Virus record (IMG/VR): IMGVR_UViG_3300027917_003468
Span: 1 to 64,000 of that record
Source: a virus
Taxonomy: Duplodnaviria; Heunggongvirae; Uroviricota; Caudoviricetes
DNA length: 64,000 bases
Strand: one strand, 5' to 3'
The notes below the pieces were generated by a model, which saw nothing but the letters and a program-made list of their open reading frames with translations, did no database searches and had not been told where the DNA came from. Positions 1-7,568 of this stretch are shown piece by piece. Position 1 is the first letter of the stretch. Each line of letters opens with the position of its first letter. The position numbers and the translations under genes were made by a program.

Positions 1-146
1 GTCGCCCCGCTACCCACCCCTATTCGCTATGCCACATCCTCCCGGCGGGGCGACTGGTCTTTATTGTAAGGTAGAACGTACTTCCTATTGAGATATTCAG
101 TACTGAAATAGTACGAGCTCGAACCAAAAAATCCTTGTGAAAGTTC

Positions 147-180
147 TTGACATGGTCGCTTGTATTTGAGAGAATGATAG
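147..180 (+). promoter_or_regulatory. sigma70-like promoter (TTGACA -17- GAGAAT/TATTTG) upstream of ORF 235
   Basis: TTGACA at 147-152; AT-rich -10 region; RBS AAAGGAG before ATG 235. Confidence 0.4.
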
Positions 181-234
181 TGGGAGGTATTCAGTTTAAC
201 CGGTTGCCCTTTAGGGGCGGAAAGGAGCATTATC

Positions 235-561
235 ATGACTAAAACAAAGCTTCCTAGTTTAGAACAATGGGTTGCGTACTTCAGGGAACAGGCACAATGT
301 GGTACATCAGGGTGCGTCTACAATCCCATGCACGAGAATGCCACCATCATACTGGGAGAGGCGGAGTTATTGCTGGCGGATTGGCTTCGGGTCGGCAAGA
401 CTACACCAGAAATCGAGGAGAGATGTTCTAATCTGCAAAAAATGATTCTTGACCACGAAAAAATTAAATATGAACTTGGAGCCGATGAGCCATTGTATCA
501 GTTATTAGAACTTGTTTCTAGTATTGACGTCGGCACCATACCTGACACGTCGCAAAACTAA
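235..561 (+). CDS. hypothetical early protein
   Basis: ORF with RBS aaaggagc, own promoter and downstream hairpin terminator. Confidence 0.55.
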   Translation: MTKTKLPSLEQWVAYFREQAQCGTSGCVYNPMHENATIILGEAELLLADWLRVGKTTPEIEERCSNLQKMILDHEKIKYELGADEPLYQLLELVSSIDVGTIPDTSQN

Positions 562-568
562 ACTAATT

Positions 569-606
569 GTGCCCAGTAGAATGCCTCCCCTACTGGGCAT
601 TTTTAT
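569..606 (+). terminator. intrinsic terminator hairpin (GTGCCCAGTAG..CTACTGGGCA + T5)
   Basis: 10-bp stem with 11-nt loop followed by TTTTTATT; member of a repeated hairpin family (also 1200, 1648). Confidence 0.6.
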
Positions 607-663
607 TGGCCCGTATCCCCAGTATAACACCGTATCCGCAAGCAAGATCCGTGCCACCGAGCT

Positions 664-679
664 TGGCACGGAATTTGCA
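664..679 (+). promoter_or_regulatory. sigma-54 (-24/-12) promoter consensus TGGCACGgaatTTGCA
   Basis: Exact TGGCAC-N5-TTGCA spacing (GG 665-666, GC 677-678). Confidence 0.5.
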
Positions 680-726
680 TTACAGGGGCGTTTTGCCTTT
701 TAGAACGAGGTTTGTGCGATTTTTTT

Positions 727-768
727 CCAATCACCCCACCATATCATATCAAAGGGTGGGGTGATTGG
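727..768 (+). repeat. perfect 14-bp inverted repeat CCAATCACCCCACC/GGTGGGGTGATTGG with 14-nt loop
   Basis: Seen directly; lies downstream of putative sigma-54 promoter in leader of gene 933. Confidence 0.6.
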
Positions 769-854
769 AACAGAGTTATTTATCTTGCTAATAAGTATGT
801 TATACCTAGTAGAACAGCTCCTCCTAGCCACCTAAAAATAATTTGCTAAACTTC

Positions 855-882
855 TTGACAATCTTATCCGATTCGTTAAAAT
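855..882 (+). promoter_or_regulatory. sigma70-like promoter TTGACA-16-TAAAAT
   Basis: 855-860 TTGACA, 877-882 TAAAAT, 50 nt upstream of ATG 933. Confidence 0.5.
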
Positions 883-932
883 AGAAGATAGGGAGGCTTT
901 CAACAACTAACTAGTCTAAGGGAGGAATCAAG

Positions 933-1190
933 ATGACGTTATGGAAAACAATTAAAGTCGAATTGCTGACAACAAAAGATCTTATTGAGATCTTCGAGAA
1001 ACTGTCATCATATCGTCCGGCAAGTGTAAGGGAATTCGAGGCGATTGAAATGGCTATGAAGATCCGTAATAGCTTGATAGACTGGTCGCAAGTAGAAGAC
1101 GATCCAACCATCGACCAGTTTATCCGAGAACGTATCGAGGAAGATCTTAACAACAGTATTTCGGCATACATCGAGGAATACTCAATATAA
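933..1190 (+). CDS. hypothetical protein
   Basis: RBS AAGGGAGG 8 nt before ATG. Confidence 0.55.
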   Translation: MTLWKTIKVELLTTKDLIEIFEKLSSYRPASVREFEAIEMAMKIRNSLIDWSQVEDDPTIDQFIRERIEEDLNNSISAYIEEYSI

Positions 1191-1246
1191 CCACTTTGAC
1201 TAGGTAGAACGCCTCCCCTACCTAGTCATTTAGGGAGGGTAAGATT

Positions 1247-1636
1247 ATGAGTAAACCGAGAGAAGTTATTAGTGACAACCCAATCTATGATGCACTTCAG
1301 GAATGTATGTATGCCATGTCTTCACTTAACATGGAGGATGAAATCAACCCTGACTATGATCCCGATTCCGATGACTTCAACGACCATTTCATTTCAAACA
1401 AGTTTGTCTATGGGAAACATAGTTATGAACACATGAGAGCGGTCATCGAGGCTTTGTTCGTGGCAGAAGAAGAGAAGAAAAAGACCAAGGTCAAATTCTA
1501 TCAGGCCCTTGAGAAGCTACATTCTATGAAGCAAAACAATGAGCCAATTCCAGAAGAAGATACTTGCCACTCGATTGATTGTGAGTGTATCGATTGTTTG
1601 ATCCTTATAACGTACCAAAGATTTAATAAGATCTAA
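1247..1636 (+). CDS. hypothetical acidic protein
   Basis: RBS AGGGAGGG; followed by terminator hairpin. Confidence 0.55.
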   Translation: MSKPREVISDNPIYDALQECMYAMSSLNMEDEINPDYDPDSDDFNDHFISNKFVYGKHSYEHMRAVIEALFVAEEEKKKTKVKFYQALEKLHSMKQNNEPIPEEDTCHSIDCECIDCLILITYQRFNKI

Positions 1637-1647
1637 ATAAACTGATT

Positions 1648-1687
1648 GTGCCCAATAGAACACTCACTCTATTGGGCACTTTCTTTG
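1648..1687 (+). terminator. intrinsic terminator hairpin (GTGCCCAATAG..CTATTGGGCAC + T-rich)
   Basis: 11-bp stem, loop aacactcactc, followed by TTTCTTT. Confidence 0.55.
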
Positions 1688-2002
1688 TCTTGTATTCGGT
1701 TTATAACGTCTTTATATTTGGTATAGGTGGCGTTTTATTTTTTACAACACTTTTATTCCGCTCGCCCCGCTTTTTCCCGCCACCATCCCCATACACCTAC
1801 CTGGCGGGGCGAATGGAATAGGTTTTATTTTTCATTTTTTTTTCGTTTTTTTTTCGTTTTATATGTACAAGAACAATGGTATATCCAAGCTGGTAAGTGG
1901 GATGCCAGGGAGATCCACAAGATTCCTACTCAAATAGTGTATGCTCAAATAATACGTGGTGAAATAGTCCGTAGTGAAATAGTACGAGTTCGTACTATCT
2001 CT

Positions 2003-2018
2003 TGGCACGATAATTGCT
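2003..2018 (+). promoter_or_regulatory. sigma-54 (-24/-12) promoter consensus TGGCACGataaTTGCT
   Basis: Exact TGGCAC-N5-TTGCT; about 90 nt upstream of ATG 2109; preceded by GAAATAGTACGAG motif. Confidence 0.5.
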
Positions 2019-2108
2019 TGTAAAAAATGGTTCGTGAATCCTCTTGACAAGATATATATTGTTCATGTAGGATAAAAGGAAAAAACCACGAAAGGGGGTC
2101 GGGAGGCC

Positions 2109-2342
2109 ATGGAAAAACCTATTTCACGAAAGGGGGTAGAAATGGATCGACGGGAACAGTTGCAAGTTCTTACCACGGGGATTGCGCTCGAAACGCTCAA
2201 GGCAAAAATTGAACTTGCCATACGTTCATATACACCAGAAGATTATGAACGTATGTATCTGGCGAGCGCATTGACAAAGGTCCGTGAGTGTATCGATTGG
2301 ATAGACGATCTAATCTTACTTGCCAAATCAGAAAGGGGGTAA
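2109..2342 (+). CDS. hypothetical protein
   Basis: ORF after promoters; RBS GGGAGG. Confidence 0.5.
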   Translation: MEKPISRKGVEMDRREQLQVLTTGIALETLKAKIELAIRSYTPEDYERMYLASALTKVRECIDWIDDLILLAKSERG

Positions 2343-2557
2343 TGATGAGTCAATTATCGATCCAATCCTTGTATGATGTATTGGGGTATCTAGATCGGGC
2401 AAAACGCCGACTAATGACGGTGTATTCGTCAGATCTAGACGATGGACAAAGGGAAATTCTAGACGATGCTAGATCGGCGATACGGGCAATCGAACCAGAT
2501 CTGAGAGAGGTATTGAATGAACTTAAAACCGGCCAAAAATGGATTGCGCCGGAATGA
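2342..2557 (+). CDS. hypothetical protein (start ATGATG overlapping upstream stop TAATG)
   Basis: Translational coupling geometry; the track ORF started earlier at 2288 inside the previous gene. Confidence 0.4.
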   Translation: MMSQLSIQSLYDVLGYLDRAKRRLMTVYSSDLDDGQREILDDARSAIRAIEPDLREVLNELKTGQKWIAPE

Positions 2558-2569
2558 AAGGGGGATATC

Positions 2570-2890
2570 ATGTATCTCAAGAACCTAAGGCAAAATAGTC
2601 CGTACCTGATTGACGAGAACGGTATCTCTGTTATTAGTCCGTTCGGTGACAAATCTTCCTTGTATCTAATCAAGGATGCGGCCATTGGCGCATTCAGGGC
2701 ATTTACCGCTTGTGATGCCAAGAACCAGAAAGAGTTTATCCGATTGCTTGCAGAACAGATGGTCAAATTTGCTGTCGATGAATATGATTGGAACCCTGAT
2801 AACGCCAATGAGAGAATCAAGAGGGTTGTTTTGAATCCAATAGCAGAAGCATATGCACAAGGCTGGGCAGACAGTAGAGAGAATCCTTAA
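2570..2890 (+). CDS. hypothetical protein
   Basis: RBS AAAGGGGG; terminator follows. Confidence 0.55.
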   Translation: MYLKNLRQNSPYLIDENGISVISPFGDKSSLYLIKDAAIGAFRAFTACDAKNQKEFIRLLAEQMVKFAVDEYDWNPDNANERIKRVVLNPIAEAYAQGWADSRENP

Positions 2891-2902
2891 GCACTTTTCA
2901 AA

Positions 2903-2942
2903 GGCCCGTGAAATGCCCATCGATTCACGGGCCTTTCTATTT
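2903..2942 (+). terminator. intrinsic terminator (GGCCCGTGAA..TTCACGGGCC + TTTCTATTT)
   Basis: 10-bp GC-rich stem followed by T-rich run. Confidence 0.6.
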
Positions 2943-3120
2943 GGTAAAAAGCTATTAGCACGGTGTTTCTATATACAAAACACTCTTGATAACATTTCAC
3001 CCTCTTTCTACTCCCACCCTACCCATATTTTTTTCCTTGACTTTACCTCTAACTAAATACTATAATCTAAGTATACAATTCATAACCATAATCAACCAGC
3101 AATCAGAGAAGGATACTTAC

Positions 3121-3951
3121 ATGACTCATTTTCAGTTATCAGCAAAACTAAATCACATACAATCCAGATACACTTACAACGCCCAAGCTTTTGACGAGCT
3201 AGATGGGGAGAGTGCATATTGGCTGGGGTTTATATATGCTGATGGGAACATGTACAACAATCGACTCACTATATGTTTACAGGCCAGGGATAGGTACGTA
3301 CTAGAACATTTTCGTTCGTTCATGCAAGCTGACATTTCCCTGCACTACCGGCCTCGCACAAATGCCTACGCCGTCAGTATCGGAAATCCGTATCTTGCTG
3401 CACGGTTGAAGATGTTAGGGGTAGTTCCAAGGAAGGCTAGAAAGATTCGTTATCCTGAGGTTATAAGTGAGTTAGGGTTAGATGGCGCTTTTATTCGGGG
3501 CTATTTTGATGGAGACGGATGGATTGCAATAGGTAAGCGTTCTACTCTAAGACTGGGGTTTGCATCGAACAGAGATTTCTTGGATGGGATTACAACAGTT
3601 ATAGAGGGGAAACTGGCGATAGTGAAACCCACATTCTTTGCAAACAAGCGTAAGCATCGAAATGGTTATTATGGTTCCATTAACTATTCAGGACGAGAGG
3701 ACATAAAAAAGATTGTGGATTTCATGTGTTCTGATATGGGATTCTTTATGGAACGGAAATTGGGGAAATTCTACAAGCTCTACATGCAGCTAGAAAACAA
3801 AAAAGGGAGACTAACAGGAAAAGAACGTAACGGTCGCCTTTACAAGAAATTCTATCTTCCTGAAGCACACCAGCAAGCCTATAGCCAGCTCCTTCTATTG
3901 AGCAGGGTACATGAGCCCCTTCCACCCTTTCCCTTTCAATCGGGGCACTAA
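3121..3951 (+). CDS. LAGLIDADG homing endonuclease (free-standing)
   Basis: Two LAGLIDADG-type motifs: WLGFIYADGN and IRGYFDGDGW. Start moved to the Met at 3121; the track start 2986 looks too far upstream. Confidence 0.75.
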   Translation: MTHFQLSAKLNHIQSRYTYNAQAFDELDGESAYWLGFIYADGNMYNNRLTICLQARDRYVLEHFRSFMQADISLHYRPRTNAYAVSIGNPYLAARLKMLGVVPRKARKIRYPEVISELGLDGAFIRGYFDGDGWIAIGKRSTLRLGFASNRDFLDGITTVIEGKLAIVKPTFFANKRKHRNGYYGSINYSGREDIKKIVDFMCSDMGFFMERKLGKFYKLYMQLENKKGRLTGKERNGRLYKKFYLPEAHQQAYSQLLLLSRVHEPLPPFPFQSGH

Positions 3952-4326
3952 ATGAGAATTAGTTATCAGGGCAAAGAGATGCGGTTGTCAGACTGGGCAA
4001 GGGAGACTGGCACAGGGACAAAAACGATCATGTACAGGATCAAAGCTGGATGGAGTGTGGGGGAGGCATTAGGATTTGTTGAGCGAGAAAAGAAGGGGCC
4101 GCAGGATTACGTGAAGGCCAAACGGTTAACTTACAATGGTCAAACTGCTACCTACAAAGAATGGAGCGAACTGACTGGACTGCCTATTACCACCATCAAT
4201 TCCAGAGTGCTTGCAAACTGGCCGGAGGAAGCAGTACTGAATACCCCTCAAGGAACCCGACTGGAAGATTACCTGCAAGCTAGACGTGTTCGGGGGCTGT
4301 GGCGATTCTTGAAGTTCATTCTTTAG
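3952..4326 (+). CDS. tandem ~35-aa repeat DNA-binding-like protein (homing-endonuclease-associated HTH module?)
   Basis: ATG immediately after the homing-endonuclease stop codon; two repeats of a ~35-aa W..TG....I..R...W pattern. Confidence 0.45.
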   Translation: MRISYQGKEMRLSDWARETGTGTKTIMYRIKAGWSVGEALGFVEREKKGPQDYVKAKRLTYNGQTATYKEWSELTGLPITTINSRVLANWPEEAVLNTPQGTRLEDYLQARRVRGLWRFLKFIL

Positions 4327-4390
4327 TTTGTATATGCAGGAAGGGACAGCCAAGAAAATTTTTGGAAATAAAATCACTACTTCATTTTAC

Positions 4391-4420
4391 TTGACAACCC
4401 CTTACTCTACATAATATAAT
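4391..4420 (+). promoter_or_regulatory. sigma70-like promoter TTGACA ... TAATATAAT
   Basis: TTGACA 4391-4396; -10 candidates at 4412-4420. Confidence 0.4.
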
Positions 4421-4553
4421 CATCTAAATACCCATCAAATAGAGCAGCCGGTAAAATAATCGGTAATATTTGGCTACTTACCGGCAATTGGGGGCACTTA
4501 TCGGTAATATCTGGCAGTTTAATAAGCAATAGGCAAGCAATAAGGAGGAGCGT

Positions 4554-5294
4554 ATGGAGCAAGCTAATACCGCCTTTGCAAGGGATTCTGGCGCTGTAGC
4601 TTTCGGAATGGAAGTTTACGAGGCCTTGAGATCGTATGCAATGGCTAGGAGAGAGTGGCCAAAGACATTACGAAAGCATTTAATAGAGATAATGGCATTT
4701 AGGATTTTAAGGGACCAGACCACAGACCAGAGAGAGCGAAACAGGTATACCGGTTATATCACTTATCGTTGGAATTTCTGGAATAACCAAGCAAAGAACA
4801 GGCGATATTACGAGAATACCCGAGAATGGCAACGAGCGAAGGCCAAGGTACATCTGGAGGAAAACTGGGAGGAGATAAATCACAGGAAGCGGAAAAATAA
4901 TCGTAGGAGGACAGCAGAGAACAGGAAATTGGCAGAGCAAGGAGATTGGCGAGGGATAGTACAAAGGATGGTTACGTCGGTTCGGTCCAGGTCCAAGAAG
5001 AAGAATGCTTGGGATGAGCCATTTGACATAACCGATGAATGGATACTAACAGAGATGGAGCGTAGTGAATATAGGTGTCCAGATGACTGGCTGATACCGA
5101 GCATTGACCGTATAGATTCTACAAGAGGGTATACACAAGAGAACTGTCAGATTACATGTTTGCTATATAACTATTTGAAGAGGGAAATGAATGACGTAAT
5201 AGCAAGGAGGATGATGGCTGATTTTTTAGATATGGCTTGCTTTTATTGGCCGCAGAAGAAGATAGCAATGGCACGGGAGCAGACGGCAGCGTAA
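4554..5294 (+). CDS. basic protein with degenerate HNH-like motif (IDRID...ENCQ)
   Basis: Strong RBS TAAGGAGGAG; C-terminal IDRIDSTRGYTQENCQ resembles the HNH DHID..N..NL motif with His changed to Arg. Confidence 0.45.
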   Translation: MEQANTAFARDSGAVAFGMEVYEALRSYAMARREWPKTLRKHLIEIMAFRILRDQTTDQRERNRYTGYITYRWNFWNNQAKNRRYYENTREWQRAKAKVHLEENWEEINHRKRKNNRRRTAENRKLAEQGDWRGIVQRMVTSVRSRSKKKNAWDEPFDITDEWILTEMERSEYRCPDDWLIPSIDRIDSTRGYTQENCQITCLLYNYLKREMNDVIARRMMADFLDMACFYWPQKKIAMAREQTAA

Positions 5295-5469
5295 ACTTGG
5301 GGGCAAGGGCAATAACCGGCCAGATCTTACGGCTTAATAGGAAAGGGACAAGCTAACAGGAAAGATATTGCTGATAAAAACGCTTACTGCAGTGGATAGA
5401 GGGCACTGTAAACTTGTGTATTCTCAAACTTACAATGCCCCTGATCCTTTGCTGGTTGCTCGTTTAAGT

Positions 5470-6500
5470 GGTATGGATTTCTTCTTCCCTCTGGTTCATT
5501 TTGGCGAGCTGGCGGTCTAACTCTTCATGATTCACTTCTACACATTGGGGGTCTTAGCATGGATGATTCACTTTATGCCATTGGGTTCCTTTTACTTTGT
5601 GATTCGCTTTAGTCATATGGGCCTCTAAACTATGCTGGCTCACTCTAGGACTTTGGGCTCCTATGTGGGGATGATTCACTTAACAACAATGGATTTCTTT
5701 GGCTGGGTGGTTCACTTCTTTTTCAAGGGTTTCTTAAGAGTCTTGGCTCGCTTCGCTTATCTGGGTTTCTTTAAATTATTGGCTCGCTTTTGGTATATGG
5801 GTTTCTTATGACCGGTGATTCACTTAATCGCCATGGGTTTCTTATGAAAGGTGATTCACTAAACGATAATGGTTGCCTTTATCTGGGTGGTTCACTTCTT
5901 CTCTCAATGGGGTTCTTTCTTGTCATGATTCACTAATGCTCTTTGGATTTCTTTGAGTGGGTGATTCATTTCGGAAAGTTGGGTTTCTTAGAGATTGTGA
6001 TTCACTAACCAACCCTGGGCTTCTTTGATGTATTGATTCATTTCAATATCTTAGGTTTCTTAGGACCATTGATTCACTTTATGCCATTAAGAACCTATGG
6101 GTTCCTTTTACTTTGTGATTCACTTAATCATTTTGGGTTCCTTTGTAGCATTGATTTAAACACTTGATTCACTTTGCTCAATTGGATTCCTTGGAGTTCA
6201 TGATTCATTTCGGCAGCTTGGGTTCCTGCGTCCTAATGGTTTATTTGGGGACTCTGGGGTTTTTTGCGTCTATGGTTCACTTTACGGTCATGGAGTTCTG
6301 TCTGTCAATGATTCACTTGATCTTCCTGGGTTTCTTGGTTCTTGTGATTCACTTTGCGCCTCTAGGTTTCTTGCTTCTGATGGTTCACTTGCTCAAATTG
6401 GGCGTCTTTGATTTTGTGATTCACTTAATGATCATGGGTTCCTTTGAGTTTGTGGCTCATTTAAGGAGCTTGGTTGTCTTGAAAGTTATGATTATTCCTT
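5470..6500. repeat. non-coding tandem array, ~28 copies of a 36-bp unit (alternating 18-bp half-units TGATTCACTT / TGGGTTTCTT)
   Basis: Seen directly; each conserved block is followed by 7-8 variable nt; no long ORF except a repeat-driven 114-aa frame. Confidence 0.8.
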
Positions 6501-6507
6501 GCAAATA

Positions 6508-6542
6508 AAAGAGGGGGATCTAATATTCCCCCCTCACCGGTC
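6508..6542 (-). terminator. hairpin GAGGGGG..CCCCCTC followed by T-rich run on minus strand
   Basis: Immediately downstream of minus gene 6544..7497. Confidence 0.5.
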
Positions 6543-6543
6543 T

Positions 6544-7497
6544 CTAATGCAACAATTTCATACCCTCATATACCCATCCTCGTTCTTCGGGCATAATCAT
6601 TCTATGAGCTCCTCCTAAAACTGCCACTGGATATACAGGATCGGTAGGCAGTCCTGATAGTGTTCTTCCTACGTACCAGTAATCGGCCAGGAAGTGTTTG
6701 GCAATCTCCCGGCATGCAGCATTATGGCGATGACCTTTGCTGGCATCTTTCCACATGACTTGCTTGTATCCCCCTTTGACTCTGGTGTGGGTAATACGCT
6801 CTGAGTCGATATACTTGGCTTTTACTTTTTCCTCAAGATAAGCATAAGGCCCTATCGGATCTTTGTTCTTGGCACGAATCTGAGACATGGCCATATTATA
6901 AAGCGCTGTTCTCAGGTTTCGGTTGCCGCCTCCTTTCTCTCCTCTTTTGTAGCGTTGGTAGGCAGGTTTGTCGTAGCCAGCATAAGCCCAAAGACTGGAG
7001 GCGTGATCGGCCTTTTCCAGATCGAGATATACCGTGCAATAAGCTACCGTAATGGGACCGATGTAGGGAACGCCCAAAGCAGAGGTAATAAGCGGGTTGT
7101 TCTCGCTCATCACCAGAATATGCTCTGAGACTTGCTGGGAGAGTTTATTCAGCCTATTTCGGTGAGGTTCCAGGTGTGCTTCGTAGTAGGCCAAGGTTTC
7201 GGGGTTTAAGTGATCGGTTCGGCGTTTTTTGAAGGCATCGATCCTGTTTTCAAGGGAGACCACAAGTTTCAGGATTTGATTACGGTCGTCTACAAGGCTC
7301 TTCAGGTGATCCAGCTCTTCGGTACGGTCTCGCCAGCTATCGTGATGTTTCAGATGCTCAACCGGTTCCATATATACAACATTTTCTTCTGAGTAAGTTC
7401 CTCCTTTCGATCCAGGTACTACACGGTGTTTGTCTCGACCTGCCTCCGACCCCTCTTCTAGTTCTTCTACTACTTTTTCATCTTCTAGTTTTGTCAT
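6544..7497 (-). CDS. IS110-family transposase C-terminal (Transposase_20-like) domain protein without recognisable DEDD N-domain
   Basis: GVPYIGPITVAY...AYAGYDKPAYQRYKRGEKGGGNRNLRTALYNMAMSQIR matches the IS110 C-domain pattern; N-terminus is acidic/coiled-coil. Confidence 0.5.
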   Translation of the reverse strand: MTKLEDEKVVEELEEGSEAGRDKHRVVPGSKGGTYSEENVVYMEPVEHLKHHDSWRDRTEELDHLKSLVDDRNQILKLVVSLENRIDAFKKRRTDHLNPETLAYYEAHLEPHRNRLNKLSQQVSEHILVMSENNPLITSALGVPYIGPITVAYCTVYLDLEKADHASSLWAYAGYDKPAYQRYKRGEKGGGNRNLRTALYNMAMSQIRAKNKDPIGPYAYLEEKVKAKYIDSERITHTRVKGGYKQVMWKDASKGHRHNAACREIAKHFLADYWYVGRTLSGLPTDPVYPVAVLGGAHRMIMPEERGWVYEGMKLLH

Positions 7498-7568
7498 TTC
7501 TCAGCTCCTTTATAGTGGTTGGCTTATACTATAAAGATGCATGAGAATGGCGTTTTTATCATCTCACC

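Noticed and set aside
1727-2023. 98-aa + ORF and antisense ORF 1859..2050
   Set aside because: Lie across T-rich tracts, hairpin and promoter elements; no RBS; best treated as a regulatory region.
2986-3120. N-terminal extension of the LAGLIDADG ORF from 2986
   Set aside because: The upstream segment is a proline/leucine-rich read-through of the promoter region. The first Met with sensible context is at 3121.
5380-5440. tRNA-like sequence (GCAGTGGATAGAGGGCACTG)
   Set aside because: Only a single hairpin. No acceptor/T-arm partners could be folded.
5470-6500. 36-bp repeat array as a CRISPR array
   Set aside because: Units are contiguous with no unique spacer-length inserts. The conserved blocks alternate every 18 bp. 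There are no cas genes.
6164-6508. 114-aa ORF (MIHF...LGFL repeats) as a repeat protein
   Set aside because: The frame is created by the DNA repeat itself. The other ~650 bp of the array are closed in that frame. No RBS.
6544-7497. Intact IS110 insertion sequence with bridge RNA
   Set aside because: No DEDD catalytic N-domain. Only ~70 bp of upstream non-coding DNA. No terminal features.
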